Counted from the first letter of the whole stretch, positions 48,075 to 58,642 are shown. The stretch: DNA of 62,359 nt, filler included, from Coriobacteriales bacterium (GCA_031263105.1; 5 parts of 5 records of this genome joined end to end with filler, not necessarily neighbours in it), one strand, 5' to 3'. The notes: a model not told the origin generated them from the sequence alone. Program-made: numbers and translations.

Positions 48075-50057
48075 ATGGGCGAGGACACCCCCATGGCGAC
48101 GGACGGCCATAGCGTGGCGGGCACGGACGGGCCGGCAGGCGCATCGGGCACGGCGGGCGGGCCGGGCGCGGGAAAGACCGGCGACGACCTGTTCATACGC
48201 AACGTCTTCGCGCGCTACCTGGCGGCATCCACCGTCGGCATCGTCGGAAGCTCCATAAGCATCGTCGGGAGCACGGCGGTCGCCGGGGCCGTCCTCGGGG
48301 CCTCGGCGCTGCCCGTGCTCTCGCTCGCACTGCCGTTCTACTACCTGTTCGCAACCGTCGGCGCGATGATAGGGGTCGGAGGCGCACAGGTCTGCGCCCG
48401 CCTCATCGGCTGGCAGCGGCACGAGGAATGCCAACGCGCCTTCAGCCTCGTGTACGTGCTTGCTGCGGCCCTGGGCATACTGCTCACCGTCGTGCTGCTG
48501 CCCTCCATCGATCCCCTCCTCGCCCTGATGGGCGCGCCGCCCGAGCTGCTCGGCCCCTCGCGCAGCTACCTGACCGTGCTGTGCCTGGGCGGCGTGTTCG
48601 TCATCGGGATATACCCCGCCTTCAACATGCTCAGGCTGGACGGGCAGACGACGAGGGCGGCGCTGCTGTTCATGGGGATGGGCGTGCTCACCGTGGCGCT
48701 CGACCTGCTGTTCCTGGCGGGCTTCGGCTGGGGGATCGAGTCCATCGCCGTCGCGACCTGCCTGGCCTACGGGGCCGTCTCGGTCTCGGGGGCGCTGATG
48801 CTGATGCGACGCAGCCTGAACTTCCGCTTCGTGTCGCCGCTGGGCGGCGGGGGCCAAGGTGCGCTCGGGCTGGTGCGCAGCATAGTGGGAACCGGAAGCC
48901 CCAATGCGCTCGAGGACCTTTGCATCGTGGTGCGCACGGCCGTGATAAACAACGTGGCCGCCGTGGCCTTCGGCGCCGTGGCGCTCGGCGCCTACGTCGT
49001 CCTCGACAGCGTGACCATGGTCGCACTCGTGTTCGCTGCCGGCACCTCGGGGGCCGCAATGGCGTTTTTGAGCGTGTTTTGCGCGGAGAAGGACTCGCAT
49101 AACACGATGAAGGTGCTCAAACGCGGCTTCGCCTGGGGCATGCCTGCGATCCTTGCGCTCACGCTCCTCCTCGAGCTGTTCGCGCCCCAAGTGGCCATGC
49201 TGTTCGGCGCGGACGCAGGAAGCGGGCTTGCAGTGTTCTCCACGGCGATACGGGTGTTCGCGGCGGGCCTGCCGCTCCTGTTCTTCAACTACGTGATGAT
49301 AACGGTGTACCAGTCGCAGGGCAGGGTGGCCGCAAGCAATGCGATCGTGCTCCTGCGCGAGCTCGTGGGCCCGCTCCTCCTCATGGGGGCATTGACGGCC
49401 CCGCTCGGCATGGTGGGGATATGGGCGGCCTTCCCCGTCGCCGAGCTCCTGACGACCGCCATGGTGCTGCTCTACGGCCTCGTGTGCAGACGGAGGACGC
49501 CGCACCTCTCCCCCGTGTTCCTCGTCGACCGGCAGGTCGAGAGGGACGGCGAGAGCATCTCGCTCGCCGTGCGCAACGACGCGGAGAGCATCATGTCGGC
49601 AGTGGGGTCCGTAGAGGGCTTCTGCGAGCGCAAGGGCCTCGGCCCCCGCCTCGCCATGGGCATACAGCTGGCCCTGGAGGAGATGTTGGTCGCAATCGGG
49701 GAGAACAGCCTGGCGGGCGCAGCGGGCCACACGATGAACGTCCGCGTCCTGGTGTTGGGAAAAGAGGTCATCGTGCGCATCCGCAGCGGCGGGGCGCGCT
49801 TCAACCCCATAGAGTACGCGGAGCGCCTGAGCGGGGTCCCCCTGCACACGAAGCTCATCGACGAACATGGCGCCGGGGAGACGGTGTCGGTCTTCCGGCA
49901 TGACAAAGGCACGGAGGCGGAGGCGATGCCCGAGCGGGACGTGCCCTTGGAGCTGACGGGCGTCATGATGATACTGAGGATGGCGGAGATGGTCGACTAC
50001 CGTTCCACCTTCGGGGTCAACAACCTCATGATGATACTGCGCGACCGGGGACGGTGA
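48075..50057 (+). CDS. MATE-family transporter fused to an RsbW/HATPase-like domain
   Basis: About 12 TMs, GIWAAFPVAE; C-terminal LALEEM...FNPI...GVMMI...YRSTFGVNNL. Confidence 0.82.
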   Translation: MGEDTPMATDGHSVAGTDGPAGASGTAGGPGAGKTGDDLFIRNVFARYLAASTVGIVGSSISIVGSTAVAGAVLGASALPVLSLALPFYYLFATVGAMIGVGGAQVCARLIGWQRHEECQRAFSLVYVLAAALGILLTVVLLPSIDPLLALMGAPPELLGPSRSYLTVLCLGGVFVIGIYPAFNMLRLDGQTTRAALLFMGMGVLTVALDLLFLAGFGWGIESIAVATCLAYGAVSVSGALMLMRRSLNFRFVSPLGGGGQGALGLVRSIVGTGSPNALEDLCIVVRTAVINNVAAVAFGAVALGAYVVLDSVTMVALVFAAGTSGAAMAFLSVFCAEKDSHNTMKVLKRGFAWGMPAILALTLLLELFAPQVAMLFGADAGSGLAVFSTAIRVFAAGLPLLFFNYVMITVYQSQGRVAASNAIVLLRELVGPLLLMGALTAPLGMVGIWAAFPVAELLTTAMVLLYGLVCRRRTPHLSPVFLVDRQVERDGESISLAVRNDAESIMSAVGSVEGFCERKGLGPRLAMGIQLALEEMLVAIGENSLAGAAGHTMNVRVLVLGKEVIVRIRSGGARFNPIEYAERLSGVPLHTKLIDEHGAGETVSVFRHDKGTEAEAMPERDVPLELTGVMMILRMAEMVDYRSTFGVNNLMMILRDRGR

Positions 50058-50065
50058 GGGGGGCG

Positions 50066-51031
50066 ATGGACGGCACATGCCTCCCGAGAGGCCTGTCCGA
50101 AAAGGGGGCCTTGGGGCCTCTGGGGCTTTTGGGGCCTTGGGAGAAGACCGTGCTCTCGAACGAAGGGGGCGCGCTCCTGCTGGACGTCGCCGGAAAAGGC
50201 GACGTGAGCGAGCTTGCGCTGCTCAACCGCAGCGTCAGGCTCGACATGGCGCACTACGAAACGGTGCTGTCGCACGGCGATGCGGGCTTCGCGCACAGGG
50301 GCGGCTTCTTCAAGGTGATGGACGAGGGGGCCATCGGGCGCTGCGTGGACGATGCGCGCTCCGTCGTCTTCGTGCTGAGGGAGGCGGGAGACGGGAACGC
50401 GGCGACGGGCGGGGCGGGGCGGGGGCGCATCGTCGGGTCGCTTTGGGTGTCGTTGGACGACCCGGGCTTCGACGCGCCGTCGCCCGATCTTGTCGCCTAT
50501 CTCGACGGGCATCCCCTGCTGGCAAAAGCGTTGGCCGAGGGCAGGGTGTGCTACGGCAGGGAGCTCATAGTCGCACGGGACGCACCGAGGGCGGTACATC
50601 CGGGCATGGCGCTCTTCTGCGGGGCCTTCCGTGCAATGCAGGCGGCGGGCTTCGCCTACGCGCTCTCGGAGGTCTACCGGGTCGTGGGCTACCGGGTCGG
50701 CGCGGAGGACTTCGATGCGGACATCGTGAACGAGGCCGCGCTTCGCAGCGTCGCGGATGCCGGGGGGCTTGCCATAGCCCGCAACAGTCCCCGCGTGCTT
50801 GACTTCGACGGGGGACCGGACGTTACAATCGAGCCTGTGGCAGTGCTGTTCGACTTCGCCGTCACGCTGCAACGGCTCGAAAGGCGGCTCTCGGAACAGG
50901 GGGTCGTGACGGCTCCCGTGGTGCCGTCGCCGTCGCCGGGGCCGGGGCCGTCGCCGGGGCACCCGGGCGAAGGGGCCTTGGAGGGGCACGAGGCGCAACC
51001 GGACCGACCAGGAGGAGAGCGTCATGTCTGA
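50066..51031 (+). CDS. Hypothetical protein, possibly GNAT-like fold
   Basis: Operon-coupled; alternating beta/alpha pattern with N.AA.......G near the C-terminus. The fold is a guess. Confidence 0.5.
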   Translation: MDGTCLPRGLSEKGALGPLGLLGPWEKTVLSNEGGALLLDVAGKGDVSELALLNRSVRLDMAHYETVLSHGDAGFAHRGGFFKVMDEGAIGRCVDDARSVVFVLREAGDGNAATGGAGRGRIVGSLWVSLDDPGFDAPSPDLVAYLDGHPLLAKALAEGRVCYGRELIVARDAPRAVHPGMALFCGAFRAMQAAGFAYALSEVYRVVGYRVGAEDFDADIVNEAALRSVADAGGLAIARNSPRVLDFDGGPDVTIEPVAVLFDFAVTLQRLERRLSEQGVVTAPVVPSPSPGPGPSPGHPGEGALEGHEAQPDRPGGERHV

Positions 51032-53885
51032 GACAGGAAAACCGAGGCCGCCCGGCCTGCTCGCCGGGCTCGTCGACAGGCTGCTCGGGGCCAAGGGGGG
51101 CTCCATATCCAAGAAGCTGCTCCGGGCCTTCCTCATCGTGTCGGCCGGCGGGATGATCACCGCCATCGTCGTGGTCGAGCTGATGTTCCAAAGCGTCCTC
51201 GGCGTGACGGAGCAAAGCAACCTCGACATAGGCGAGACGGCGGCGTTGAGCAGCGTCGAGGCCCTCACGGGCACCGTGCTGGCCGACACGGAGACGCTGG
51301 CGCAGGCCAAGGCAGACGTCATCGACGAGTCGATCGGACGCCTGGCCGGCGACCTCAAGACCTTTGCGGACTACGTCGAAGGGCTGTACGCGCGCCCCGG
51401 GGACTACCGGGACGTGCCGTTCGAGCACCTGCGGAACGTCCCCGCCGACACGCTCGCGCTCCAATGGGCGCTCACGCCCGGAATGGTGTCGGAGTCGCAC
51501 TTCGACGTCCGCGACCTGGAGGAGGCAGGGGTGCGGGACGAGACCTACCTGCTCGGCAACATCGAGCATGTGGGCAAGGCGCTGATGTCCGACGAGCCCA
51601 GCATCTCGTCGCTCTACATCACGACGGAAAACGGCATCAACATAGGCTACGACTCCTTCGCGGAGCAGAAGTGGTCCGTCGACACCATCGACCTCAGGGA
51701 GCGGGACTGGTACCTCGGGGCGACAAGGAACGACGGCCTCTACCTCTCGGACACGTACCGCGACTCGTTCGAGCGCGGCCTCAACATCACGATGGCGATG
51801 CCTGTAAAGGGACCCGACGGCAGCTTCAGGGGCGTGGTCGGGGCCGACATCAACATCTCCGACCTCGAGAACATCGTCAAGGAGACGAACGCAGGCATGA
51901 ACGGCTATGCGGTGCTCCTGAACGGCGACACGATAATCTCGGCACCCGGCCTTAACGAGGACAACGAGGACGACCTTGCCTTCTTCCTCGGCAGCGAGGC
52001 CGCAACCATACTCGGGCAGATGGAAGGCGAGCCGTCCGGCTCGGGGGAGACGGAGGCGGCCGGCACGTCCGGAGACGGTCGCACCCATGCCTTCTTCGCA
52101 GTATGGGGCCCGGTCGAGGCGACGGGATGGCAGCTTGTGATACTGGTTCCCCAGACCGACGTGACCGCCCCCTCGGTCGAGCTCCACTCCGACATAACGG
52201 CCATGACGAACGCGGCCGCAGCCTCCGCAAGCGACCGCATCATGCTTGCGAACGTCATCCTCATAGCTGTCGCCGTGCTGCTCGTGACCGTCTCCGTCGT
52301 CACGTCACGCTTTATCTCCAGAAAGATAACCCGCCCCATAACGAAGCTCAGCAAGGACGTGGACGGGGTGGGAACCGGCGACCTCGACTATCGCTCGGAC
52401 ATCGACACAGGCGACGAGATAGAGGCCCTGAGCCACAGCTTCGAACGCATGACGGGACAACTGAAGGACTACATATCCGAGCTGAGCCTCGCGACGGCGG
52501 AAAAGGAGCGCATCAGCACGGAGCTCAACGTGGCCGCCCATATCCAGGCGTCCATGCTGCCGAACACCTTTCCGGCGTTCCCCGACAGCGACGAGTTCGA
52601 CATCTTCGCGACGATGGACGCCGCGAAGATGATAGGCGGCGACTTCTACGACTTCTTCTTCATGGACGGCGGGGCGGAGGGCGAACGCCTCGTCGTGGTG
52701 ATGGCCGACGTCTCGGGCAAGGGCATCCCCGCCGCGTTGTTCATGGTCGTGGCAAGAACCCTCATAAAGAGCAACGCCCAGATGGGCAAAAGCCCCGGCG
52801 AGGTCTTCGGCATCGTCAACGACCTGCTCTCCGAGAACAACGACGCCAGCATGTTCGTCACCGCCTTCATGGGCTACCTCGACTTGGCAAGCGGCGGCTT
52901 CTCCTATGTGAACGCGGGGCACACCCCTACCCTTGTCTCGCGCTCGGGCGCAGGCTTCGAGAAGCTGGAGATGGATCCGGGCTTCGTGCTGGGAGCCTTC
53001 CCGGGCCTTGCGTTCGAGGAGAGGCAGACGGTGCTTGCGGCCGGGGACCGGCTCTTCCTCTACACCGACGGCGTCACCGAGGCGGCCTCCCCGAGCCTGG
53101 AGCTGTTCTCGGAGCAGCGGCTGCTCCGCGTGCTCGACGAGGGCGCGGGAACGGCGGGCGGGGGCGGGGCGGACGAGGCGGCGGGCGGCGGCACCCCCAT
53201 GGCAGAGCTGCTCGCCCACATCAAGCGCGAGATTGACGCGTTCGCTGCCGATGCCGAGCAGGCAGACGACATCACCATGCTCGCCTTGGAGCTGAAGAGG
53301 CTCACGGGCGATGAGGCGGGTGCGGCGGCGGCCGTAGGGGGCGGCGTCCCCGACGCCCCGTCGCCTGGCGCAGCAGCAGCGGGCGCAAGCGGGGACAGGG
53401 CGGCGGCGGGCGCGGAAGAGGGCGGGACAGGCGCGGCTGCGGACGACGGCGCGACCGACACGTCCGAGCTCCGGGTGGCTGCCGAGGACGAACGGCTCCC
53501 CGAGGTTCTCGCCTTCGTCGAGTCCGCCTTCAGGAGCCACGGCTTCACGGAAAGCCAGATAAAGAAGGTCGACATCGCGGCGGAGGAGGTCTTCGTCAAC
53601 GTCGCGCATTACGCCTATGCCGAAGACGCCGCCCAGCCAAAGGGCGATGTCGCAGTCACACTCGGCTTCGACCCCGGCACAGGAGCCGCAACCCTGAGCT
53701 TCAAGGACGGCGGCGCCCCCTTCAACCCCCTCGAACGCCCCGCGCCCGACGTGACCCTCGACGCGTCGGAACGCGCGATAGGCGGGCTGGGCATACACAT
53801 GGTGGTCACCATGATGGACTCGGTCGAGTACGCCTACGAGAACGGCTGCAACGTCCTGACCCTGACCCTCGCCCGCCTCCCGTAG
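51024..53885 (+). CDS. Cache-HAMP-SpoIIE (PP2C) phosphatase fused to an RsbW-like anti-sigma kinase
   Basis: RERDWY, GDEIEAL, GGDFYD, ADVSGKG, YTDGVTE, DDIT; EEVFVNVAHYAY, DGGAPFNP, GGLGIHMV. Confidence 0.93.
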   Translation: MSETGKPRPPGLLAGLVDRLLGAKGGSISKKLLRAFLIVSAGGMITAIVVVELMFQSVLGVTEQSNLDIGETAALSSVEALTGTVLADTETLAQAKADVIDESIGRLAGDLKTFADYVEGLYARPGDYRDVPFEHLRNVPADTLALQWALTPGMVSESHFDVRDLEEAGVRDETYLLGNIEHVGKALMSDEPSISSLYITTENGINIGYDSFAEQKWSVDTIDLRERDWYLGATRNDGLYLSDTYRDSFERGLNITMAMPVKGPDGSFRGVVGADINISDLENIVKETNAGMNGYAVLLNGDTIISAPGLNEDNEDDLAFFLGSEAATILGQMEGEPSGSGETEAAGTSGDGRTHAFFAVWGPVEATGWQLVILVPQTDVTAPSVELHSDITAMTNAAAASASDRIMLANVILIAVAVLLVTVSVVTSRFISRKITRPITKLSKDVDGVGTGDLDYRSDIDTGDEIEALSHSFERMTGQLKDYISELSLATAEKERISTELNVAAHIQASMLPNTFPAFPDSDEFDIFATMDAAKMIGGDFYDFFFMDGGAEGERLVVVMADVSGKGIPAALFMVVARTLIKSNAQMGKSPGEVFGIVNDLLSENNDASMFVTAFMGYLDLASGGFSYVNAGHTPTLVSRSGAGFEKLEMDPGFVLGAFPGLAFEERQTVLAAGDRLFLYTDGVTEAASPSLELFSEQRLLRVLDEGAGTAGGGGADEAAGGGTPMAELLAHIKREIDAFAADAEQADDITMLALELKRLTGDEAGAAAAVGGGVPDAPSPGAAAAGASGDRAAAGAEEGGTGAAADDGATDTSELRVAAEDERLPEVLAFVESAFRSHGFTESQIKKVDIAAEEVFVNVAHYAYAEDAAQPKGDVAVTLGFDPGTGAATLSFKDGGAPFNPLERPAPDVTLDASERAIGGLGIHMVVTMMDSVEYAYENGCNVLTLTLARLP
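53332..53369 (+). repeat. GTAG-type REP inside the SpoIIE-RsbW linker
   Basis: CCGTAGGGGGCGGCGTCCCCGACGCCCCGTCGCCTGGC. Confidence 0.88.
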
Positions 53886-53898
53886 GAAGGAGCATCTG

Positions 53899-55032
53899 AT
53901 GGGGACGTTGCGGGATTTCAAGTTGGAGGTCTACTTCGGCAGACATGAGTTCTCTGCTCCGCATCTGCTGGCACAGTCGGACTGCGAGTCGATGACGGTC
54001 TCCGAGCTGCTGGAGTTCGAACCCGAGGCGGAGCAGCGGCTGAAGGACGCCTGGCTCGGCTACACGGAGGTGCCCGGCGACCCGGAGCTGAGGGACCTGG
54101 TCGCCTCCCTGTACACGACCATGGATGGCGACGACGTACTCGTGCACACGGGCGCCCAAGAGGCCGTCTTTGCCTATATGAGCGTGCTGCTCGAGCCGGG
54201 CGACCATGTGATCAGCATGTATCCGACGTACCAGTCCCTGTACGAGGTGGCGCTCTCACAAGGCTGCGAGGTCTCACGATGGAGCCTGATGGACATGGGC
54301 AACGGATGGACGCTCGATTTCGACGAGCTGAGAGGCCTGCTGAGGCCGAACACGAAGCTGATCGTCGTCAACACGCCCAACAACCCGACAGGCTACACCC
54401 TCAACGAGGAAGAGATCCGAGAGCTGTGCCGAATTGCGTCCGGGCAGGGGATCAACATCTTTGCCGACGAGGTCTACAAGGGCCTGGACCTTGACGGGGC
54501 CAGAAGGCCGTGGGTGGCGGACGTGTACGACAGGGCGACCTCGCTCGGCGTCATGTCCAAGGCCTACGGGCTCGCCGGGCTGCGCATCGGCTGGGTCGCG
54601 AGCAAAGACGCCGCGCTTCTGGACAGACAACTGAGGTTCAAGCACTACATGAGCATCTGCAACAGCGCCCCTTCGGAGTGCCTTGCCGTCATCGCCCTCA
54701 AACAGGGCGACCGGCTGCTCGAGCGCAACAGGGAGATCATCCGGGGGAACCTCGCCCTGGCCGACGCCTTCTTCAAAAGGTGCGGCGGGCTTTTTGCCGA
54801 CCATCCGCCCCAGTGCGGGCCCGTCGCCTTCCACAGGATGAACAAGGAGGTCGATATGGGGGAGTTCTGCGAGGAGCTGGTGCGGAAAAGCGGCGTGCTG
54901 CTGCTGCCCTCGACGGCCTACGAGTATCCCGGCCCCTACTTCCGCATGGGCTACGGCCGCAGGAACTTTGCGGAGTCCCTGCGCGTGTTCGAGGAGCACC
55001 TGACGGAGCAAGGACTCGTTCAGAGAGGCTGA
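53899..55032 (+). CDS. PLP-dependent class I/II aminotransferase
   Basis: NTPNNPTG, DEVY, SKAYGLAGLRIGW. Confidence 0.92.
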   Translation: MGTLRDFKLEVYFGRHEFSAPHLLAQSDCESMTVSELLEFEPEAEQRLKDAWLGYTEVPGDPELRDLVASLYTTMDGDDVLVHTGAQEAVFAYMSVLLEPGDHVISMYPTYQSLYEVALSQGCEVSRWSLMDMGNGWTLDFDELRGLLRPNTKLIVVNTPNNPTGYTLNEEEIRELCRIASGQGINIFADEVYKGLDLDGARRPWVADVYDRATSLGVMSKAYGLAGLRIGWVASKDAALLDRQLRFKHYMSICNSAPSECLAVIALKQGDRLLERNREIIRGNLALADAFFKRCGGLFADHPPQCGPVAFHRMNKEVDMGEFCEELVRKSGVLLLPSTAYEYPGPYFRMGYGRRNFAESLRVFEEHLTEQGLVQRG

Positions 55033-55285
55033 CAGCATCAGGCCACAGGGAGGCCGGCACAGATGGGACGGATGGATTCTCATGATCGTGTTACCGCTCA
55101 CACACTGCCGCCGGGGGCGCGACCGCCGCCGGGGGCAGTGTGGGGCATACTGCATAAAGAACCCTACGGCGGCCGAAGCTCGGCATATACGCTGAACGAA
55201 CCTCTTGGCACGAGGGATGGCCGAGCATTGGGATGATTGCGCGAAAGCAGCAAAGGGAAGCGATTGACGACCAAGCGCTACGGAG

Positions 55286-55441
55286 GTTACTGCTCACACC
55301 CCACTGTCATCCCGAGCCTGTCGAGGGATCTTCGGCCGCGCCAGCGGTCGACCGCAGGTCGAGGGGCCCCCTGGCCTGCCGTTGGACACTGAGTGTCTAA
55401 GGATTCCTCGGCGGAGCCCGGAATGACCGTGAGGGTGTGAC
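55286..55441. mobile_element. GTTAC-type MITE/REP doublet with near-perfect 8-bp TSD
   Basis: CTACGGAG at 55278-55285 and CTACGAAG at 55442-55449. Confidence 0.78.
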
Positions 55442-55459
55442 CTACGAAGATGAGCCGTT

Positions 55460-56227
55460 ATGAGAGACGCGATACAAAACAAGCTGCTGGAGATCGAAGA
55501 GGCCGAGAAGGTCCGCATTGTCTATTGCGCCGAGTCCGGGAGCCGCGCGTGGGGCTTCGCCTCCGCCGACAGCGACTACGACGTGCGCTTCGTCTATGCG
55601 CGGGAACTGCACGAGTACCTGCGCCTCGACCTCGTGCGCGACGTGATTGAATGGGAAAACGACGGGGTCTTCGATATCAGCGGCTGGGATCTGCAAAAGG
55701 CCCTCCGTCTTCTGCGCAACTCGAACCCCACGTTCTTCGAATGGGGGAGCTCCCCCCTCATCTACCGGGAGACCCCTGAGTGGGATGCGGTCAGGGCGGC
55801 AATGGGCGGCTTCTTTCGTGCAAGGCCGGGGGCCTTCCATTATCTCAACATGGCGGGGAGCAATTACCGGAAATACCTGCGGGGCGAAAGCGTGGGGCTG
55901 AAGAAGTACCTCTGCGCGCTCCGTCCCATCCTGGCGTGCAGATGGATCCTCGATCATGGCACTCCCCCGCCGATGCCCTTTGCGGAACTGGTGGAGGCCG
56001 AGTTGGAGCCAGAGGTGCTGCCAGTCGTCGCCCAGCTGCTCGAGTGGAAGGCATCGGCCCCGGAAGCGAAAAAGGGGCCGCAGATCGAGGTTCTGAACGC
56101 CTACATAGAGAAAAGCCTCACAGGGCTCGAGGAGGCGCTATCCGCCCTCCCGACCGAGCCGAAGCCGGGCTGGGACAGTCTGAACTCCCTGTTCCTCTCG
56201 CTGGTCATGCGCGACGGCATTCTTTGA
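55460..56227 (+). CDS. YcgL-like predicted nucleotidyltransferase
   Basis: ESGSRAWGFASADSDYDVRF, WDLQKAL, SNPTFFEW. Confidence 0.9.
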   Translation: MRDAIQNKLLEIEEAEKVRIVYCAESGSRAWGFASADSDYDVRFVYARELHEYLRLDLVRDVIEWENDGVFDISGWDLQKALRLLRNSNPTFFEWGSSPLIYRETPEWDAVRAAMGGFFRARPGAFHYLNMAGSNYRKYLRGESVGLKKYLCALRPILACRWILDHGTPPPMPFAELVEAELEPEVLPVVAQLLEWKASAPEAKKGPQIEVLNAYIEKSLTGLEEALSALPTEPKPGWDSLNSLFLSLVMRDGIL

Positions 56228-56490
56228 TACGACCGGAGCGAGCGCCCGGTCAACGACTCTGGCTGCAGCCGTATGGGCTGCCGGTCCCACCACGCGGAAG
56301 CCCTGCCCGCGCCAGTGTCGTCCGGGCAATCCAGAGTGTTGTCAATCCAATAGAGCTTCTCAATCTCTATGCTGAACATCACCACACCTCCCTTCTTCTG
56401 TGAGCGTTGTTGCCGTGCCTGGAACAATACCTTGGCGCACTCCAAGCGGCTACCGTTGTCCTGATCATTCTATGATATGATATCTGAAAG

Positions 56491-56647
56491 GTTACAGTTC
56501 ACACCCCACTGTCATTCCGAGCTCCGCCGAGGAATCCTTGGACACGCAGTGTCCAACGGCAGGTCAGGGGGCCTCTCGACCTGCGGTCGGCCGCTTGCGC
56601 GGCCGAGGATCCCTCGGCAGGCTCGGGATGACAGTGGGGGCGTGGAC
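56491..56647. mobile_element. GTTAC-type MITE/REP doublet, inverted relative to 55286-55441
   Basis: GTTACAGTTCACACC start; interior is close to the reverse complement of the 55286 copy. Confidence 0.78.
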
Positions 56648-56706
56648 CATAAAGGCAAACCTGCCATTTGCACATGAATTATTGGGTGACCTATCGTGCG
56701 TCGAGC

Positions 56707-57279
56707 TCACAGCACCCATTCGTTCCCGTCCTCGTCATAAAAAGACAGCTGTGCGTCAGACGCGAGCACAATGGCCTGCATATTGACCGCACGAACAGGC
56801 TTTGGCGTGAACACCGCACAAACAGACAGGGTCATCATGCGGTCTTCCGATAGATAGCCGTCTTCGGTCATGTCTATAAATAGAAAAACCGACTCAAAGA
56901 TTCCGCCGGGAGGGATGCTGACTGGGATAGTAACCTTCTCTGCCTTGCAATCGTTCAAGCTGCCATCACTGGGTTTCCAAGGGAAATCTGGCGTCATAGC
57001 TTTAGAGAAATGAACGAAATCGTTAAGTTTCTTACTTTTCCTTCCTGGGCGGCGCATATACACATCCTGTAAAAGAAGGTGCTTGGCACCATGATTGAAT
57101 ATCCTGAGCCCGAGATAGCACTTCGTGACATCGTCATCAATCTGCACCACATTTTTCAAAGGGTCGATGGTGGTAACCTCAATACGTGTCCTTTGGGAGA
57201 AATAGCGAGCAATCTCAATGCTCAGCAAAAGCACGCCTGTCAGACAGCCGATTGCCGCTATCCAAAAAGCATAATCCAT
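56707..57279 (-). CDS. Hypothetical low-GC protein with N-terminal membrane anchor
   Basis: 190-aa ORF, hydrophobic N-terminus, AT-richer than host genes. Confidence 0.6.
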   Translation of the reverse strand: MDYAFWIAAIGCLTGVLLLSIEIARYFSQRTRIEVTTIDPLKNVVQIDDDVTKCYLGLRIFNHGAKHLLLQDVYMRRPGRKSKKLNDFVHFSKAMTPDFPWKPSDGSLNDCKAEKVTIPVSIPPGGIFESVFLFIDMTEDGYLSEDRMMTLSVCAVFTPKPVRAVNMQAIVLASDAQLSFYDEDGNEWVL

Positions 57280-57517
57280 TCTTGATTGCCCACCAACCTT
57301 TGCCCAATAACCGGTGAAGGAGTTTCATCTGGCTATTATCCAGAGAAGTCGGGCTCGCAGCAACCCTTGTTACCAATGATTGACAAAGCTGGCCGCAAAT
57401 CAGAGATGGAGCCGTGCGCCCTCGAGCTCAGTCCCTTCATGAAGGCAGCCAAGCGAGTGTGCTTGCTAGCACGCACGCCTGGCTGGTGCGGGTGGTGATA
57501 GGGGACTTACGCAAAGA

Positions 57518-58223
57518 CCGCATCTCAAGTCCCATAAGAACGTGAGTTTTTCACACGGTTCTACTAATAATCCCGCTCGGTCGCCTTCTTCTTGCGCGGG
57601 CGGCCGCGCTTATGGGTAAACGTCTGCTTGGATACGTAGTCCGGCGCACAGCCCTTCGGGACAGCAAAGCCGAACGCCTCGCATATGCGCACCTGGTCGC
57701 CGACAAACGCCGTGATGTGTCTGGCCCTGCCCCTATGCTCGACACAGCGTATGGGGCGCATCTCGTCTAAGACCTCAAGGGATGACGAGAAGTGCTTGTG
57801 AAGCTCGGTGTCCTCCCAGATGTGGCGCACATAAGAGCCGATTATCATGGAGACGAACAGTATGAACAGCCTTCCGGCCTTGCCTTCCTCAGACCAGTTG
57901 CGCTGGCGGTCTGAGGCCATCTGGCTCTTCATCTGCTGGAAGTGCTTCTCCTGCTCGTCGCGCAGCCTGTAGATGCGGTATGCCTCCATCGCCGTCAGGT
58001 CAAGTGCGTGGGCGGTAATGGCAAAAAAGCCGGATGTCTTTTTTGCGCGCTCAATCTTTTTCTCATTGAGCTTGAAGGACTTGATCACAGACATACCTTC
58101 GACGAAAGCGATCTTGAAGTACCTGCAGGCTCTCTCAAGCGACTTAACGTCATCTATGGACGCACCCGTATCTGCCAGTTCCTCCAACAATGATTTCTGG
58201 CTGTTGACGTCAATGTCGAGCTG
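57518..58223 (-). mobile_element. IS1634/IS4-like element, right end with 5'-partial DDE transposase (stop at 57564)
   Basis: GFFAI, YRLRDEQEKHFQQMKS (Y-R-E-K), GRLFILFVS, KRGRPRK; candidate terminus CCGCATCTCAAGT at 57518. Confidence 0.75.
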
Positions 58224-58323
58224 NNNNNNNNNNNNNNNNNNNNNNNNNNNNNNNNNNNNNNNNNNNNTTAATTAATTAANNNNNNNNNNNNNNNNNNNNN
58301 NNNNNNNNNNNNNNNNNNNNNNN
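58224..58323. other. Artificial contig linker
   Basis: N run - TTAATTAATTAA - N run. Confidence 0.99.
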
Positions 58324-58388
58324 GTCTTCAGTCCGCTCCGCTCTTGACATCTGTCGCTCTTGGCATCCCTTCATCAATGGCTCTGGTG

Positions 58389-58624
58389 GTTCACTGTACA
58401 CACCGTCCTGTCATTCCGAGCGTAGCGCAGCGCAGCCGAGGAATCTTTGGGTTCCCGCGCCCGCAAAACCGTCGGGTGGACTGTTTTCAGCGAGAACGGG
58501 CCGACAGGCCCACGGAGCGCGTCAGCGCCCGACCGGGCCAGTCGGACACTGCGTGTCCAAGGATTCCCACGCTGTGCGCCCTTGCGGGCGCTCCGCTCAG
58601 AATGACAGCAGTGTGAACAGCAAC
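58389..58624. repeat. TGTC-type REP doublet with GTGTGAACAGCAAC end
   Basis: CTGTCATTCCGAGC...GAGGAATCT and GCTCAGAATGACAG; shares TTTTCAGCGAGAACGGGCCGACAGGCCC, inverted, with the 10415 copy. Confidence 0.8.
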
Positions 58625-58642
58625 CACCCACGCGCGACACCG

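Noticed and set aside
46371..50078. Very long antisense ORFs (1235 aa here; also 6309-8567 and 9604-12054)
   Set aside because: Shadow ORFs of high-GC genes with no recognisable motifs.
55286..56647. Integron attC cassette array
   Set aside because: Ends are not RYYYAAC/GTTRRRY, copies are inverted rather than direct, there is no integron integrase, and TSDs favour a MITE.
57518..58223. This IS as the mobiliser of the GTTAC elements
   Set aside because: Its visible terminus does not resemble GTTACTG.
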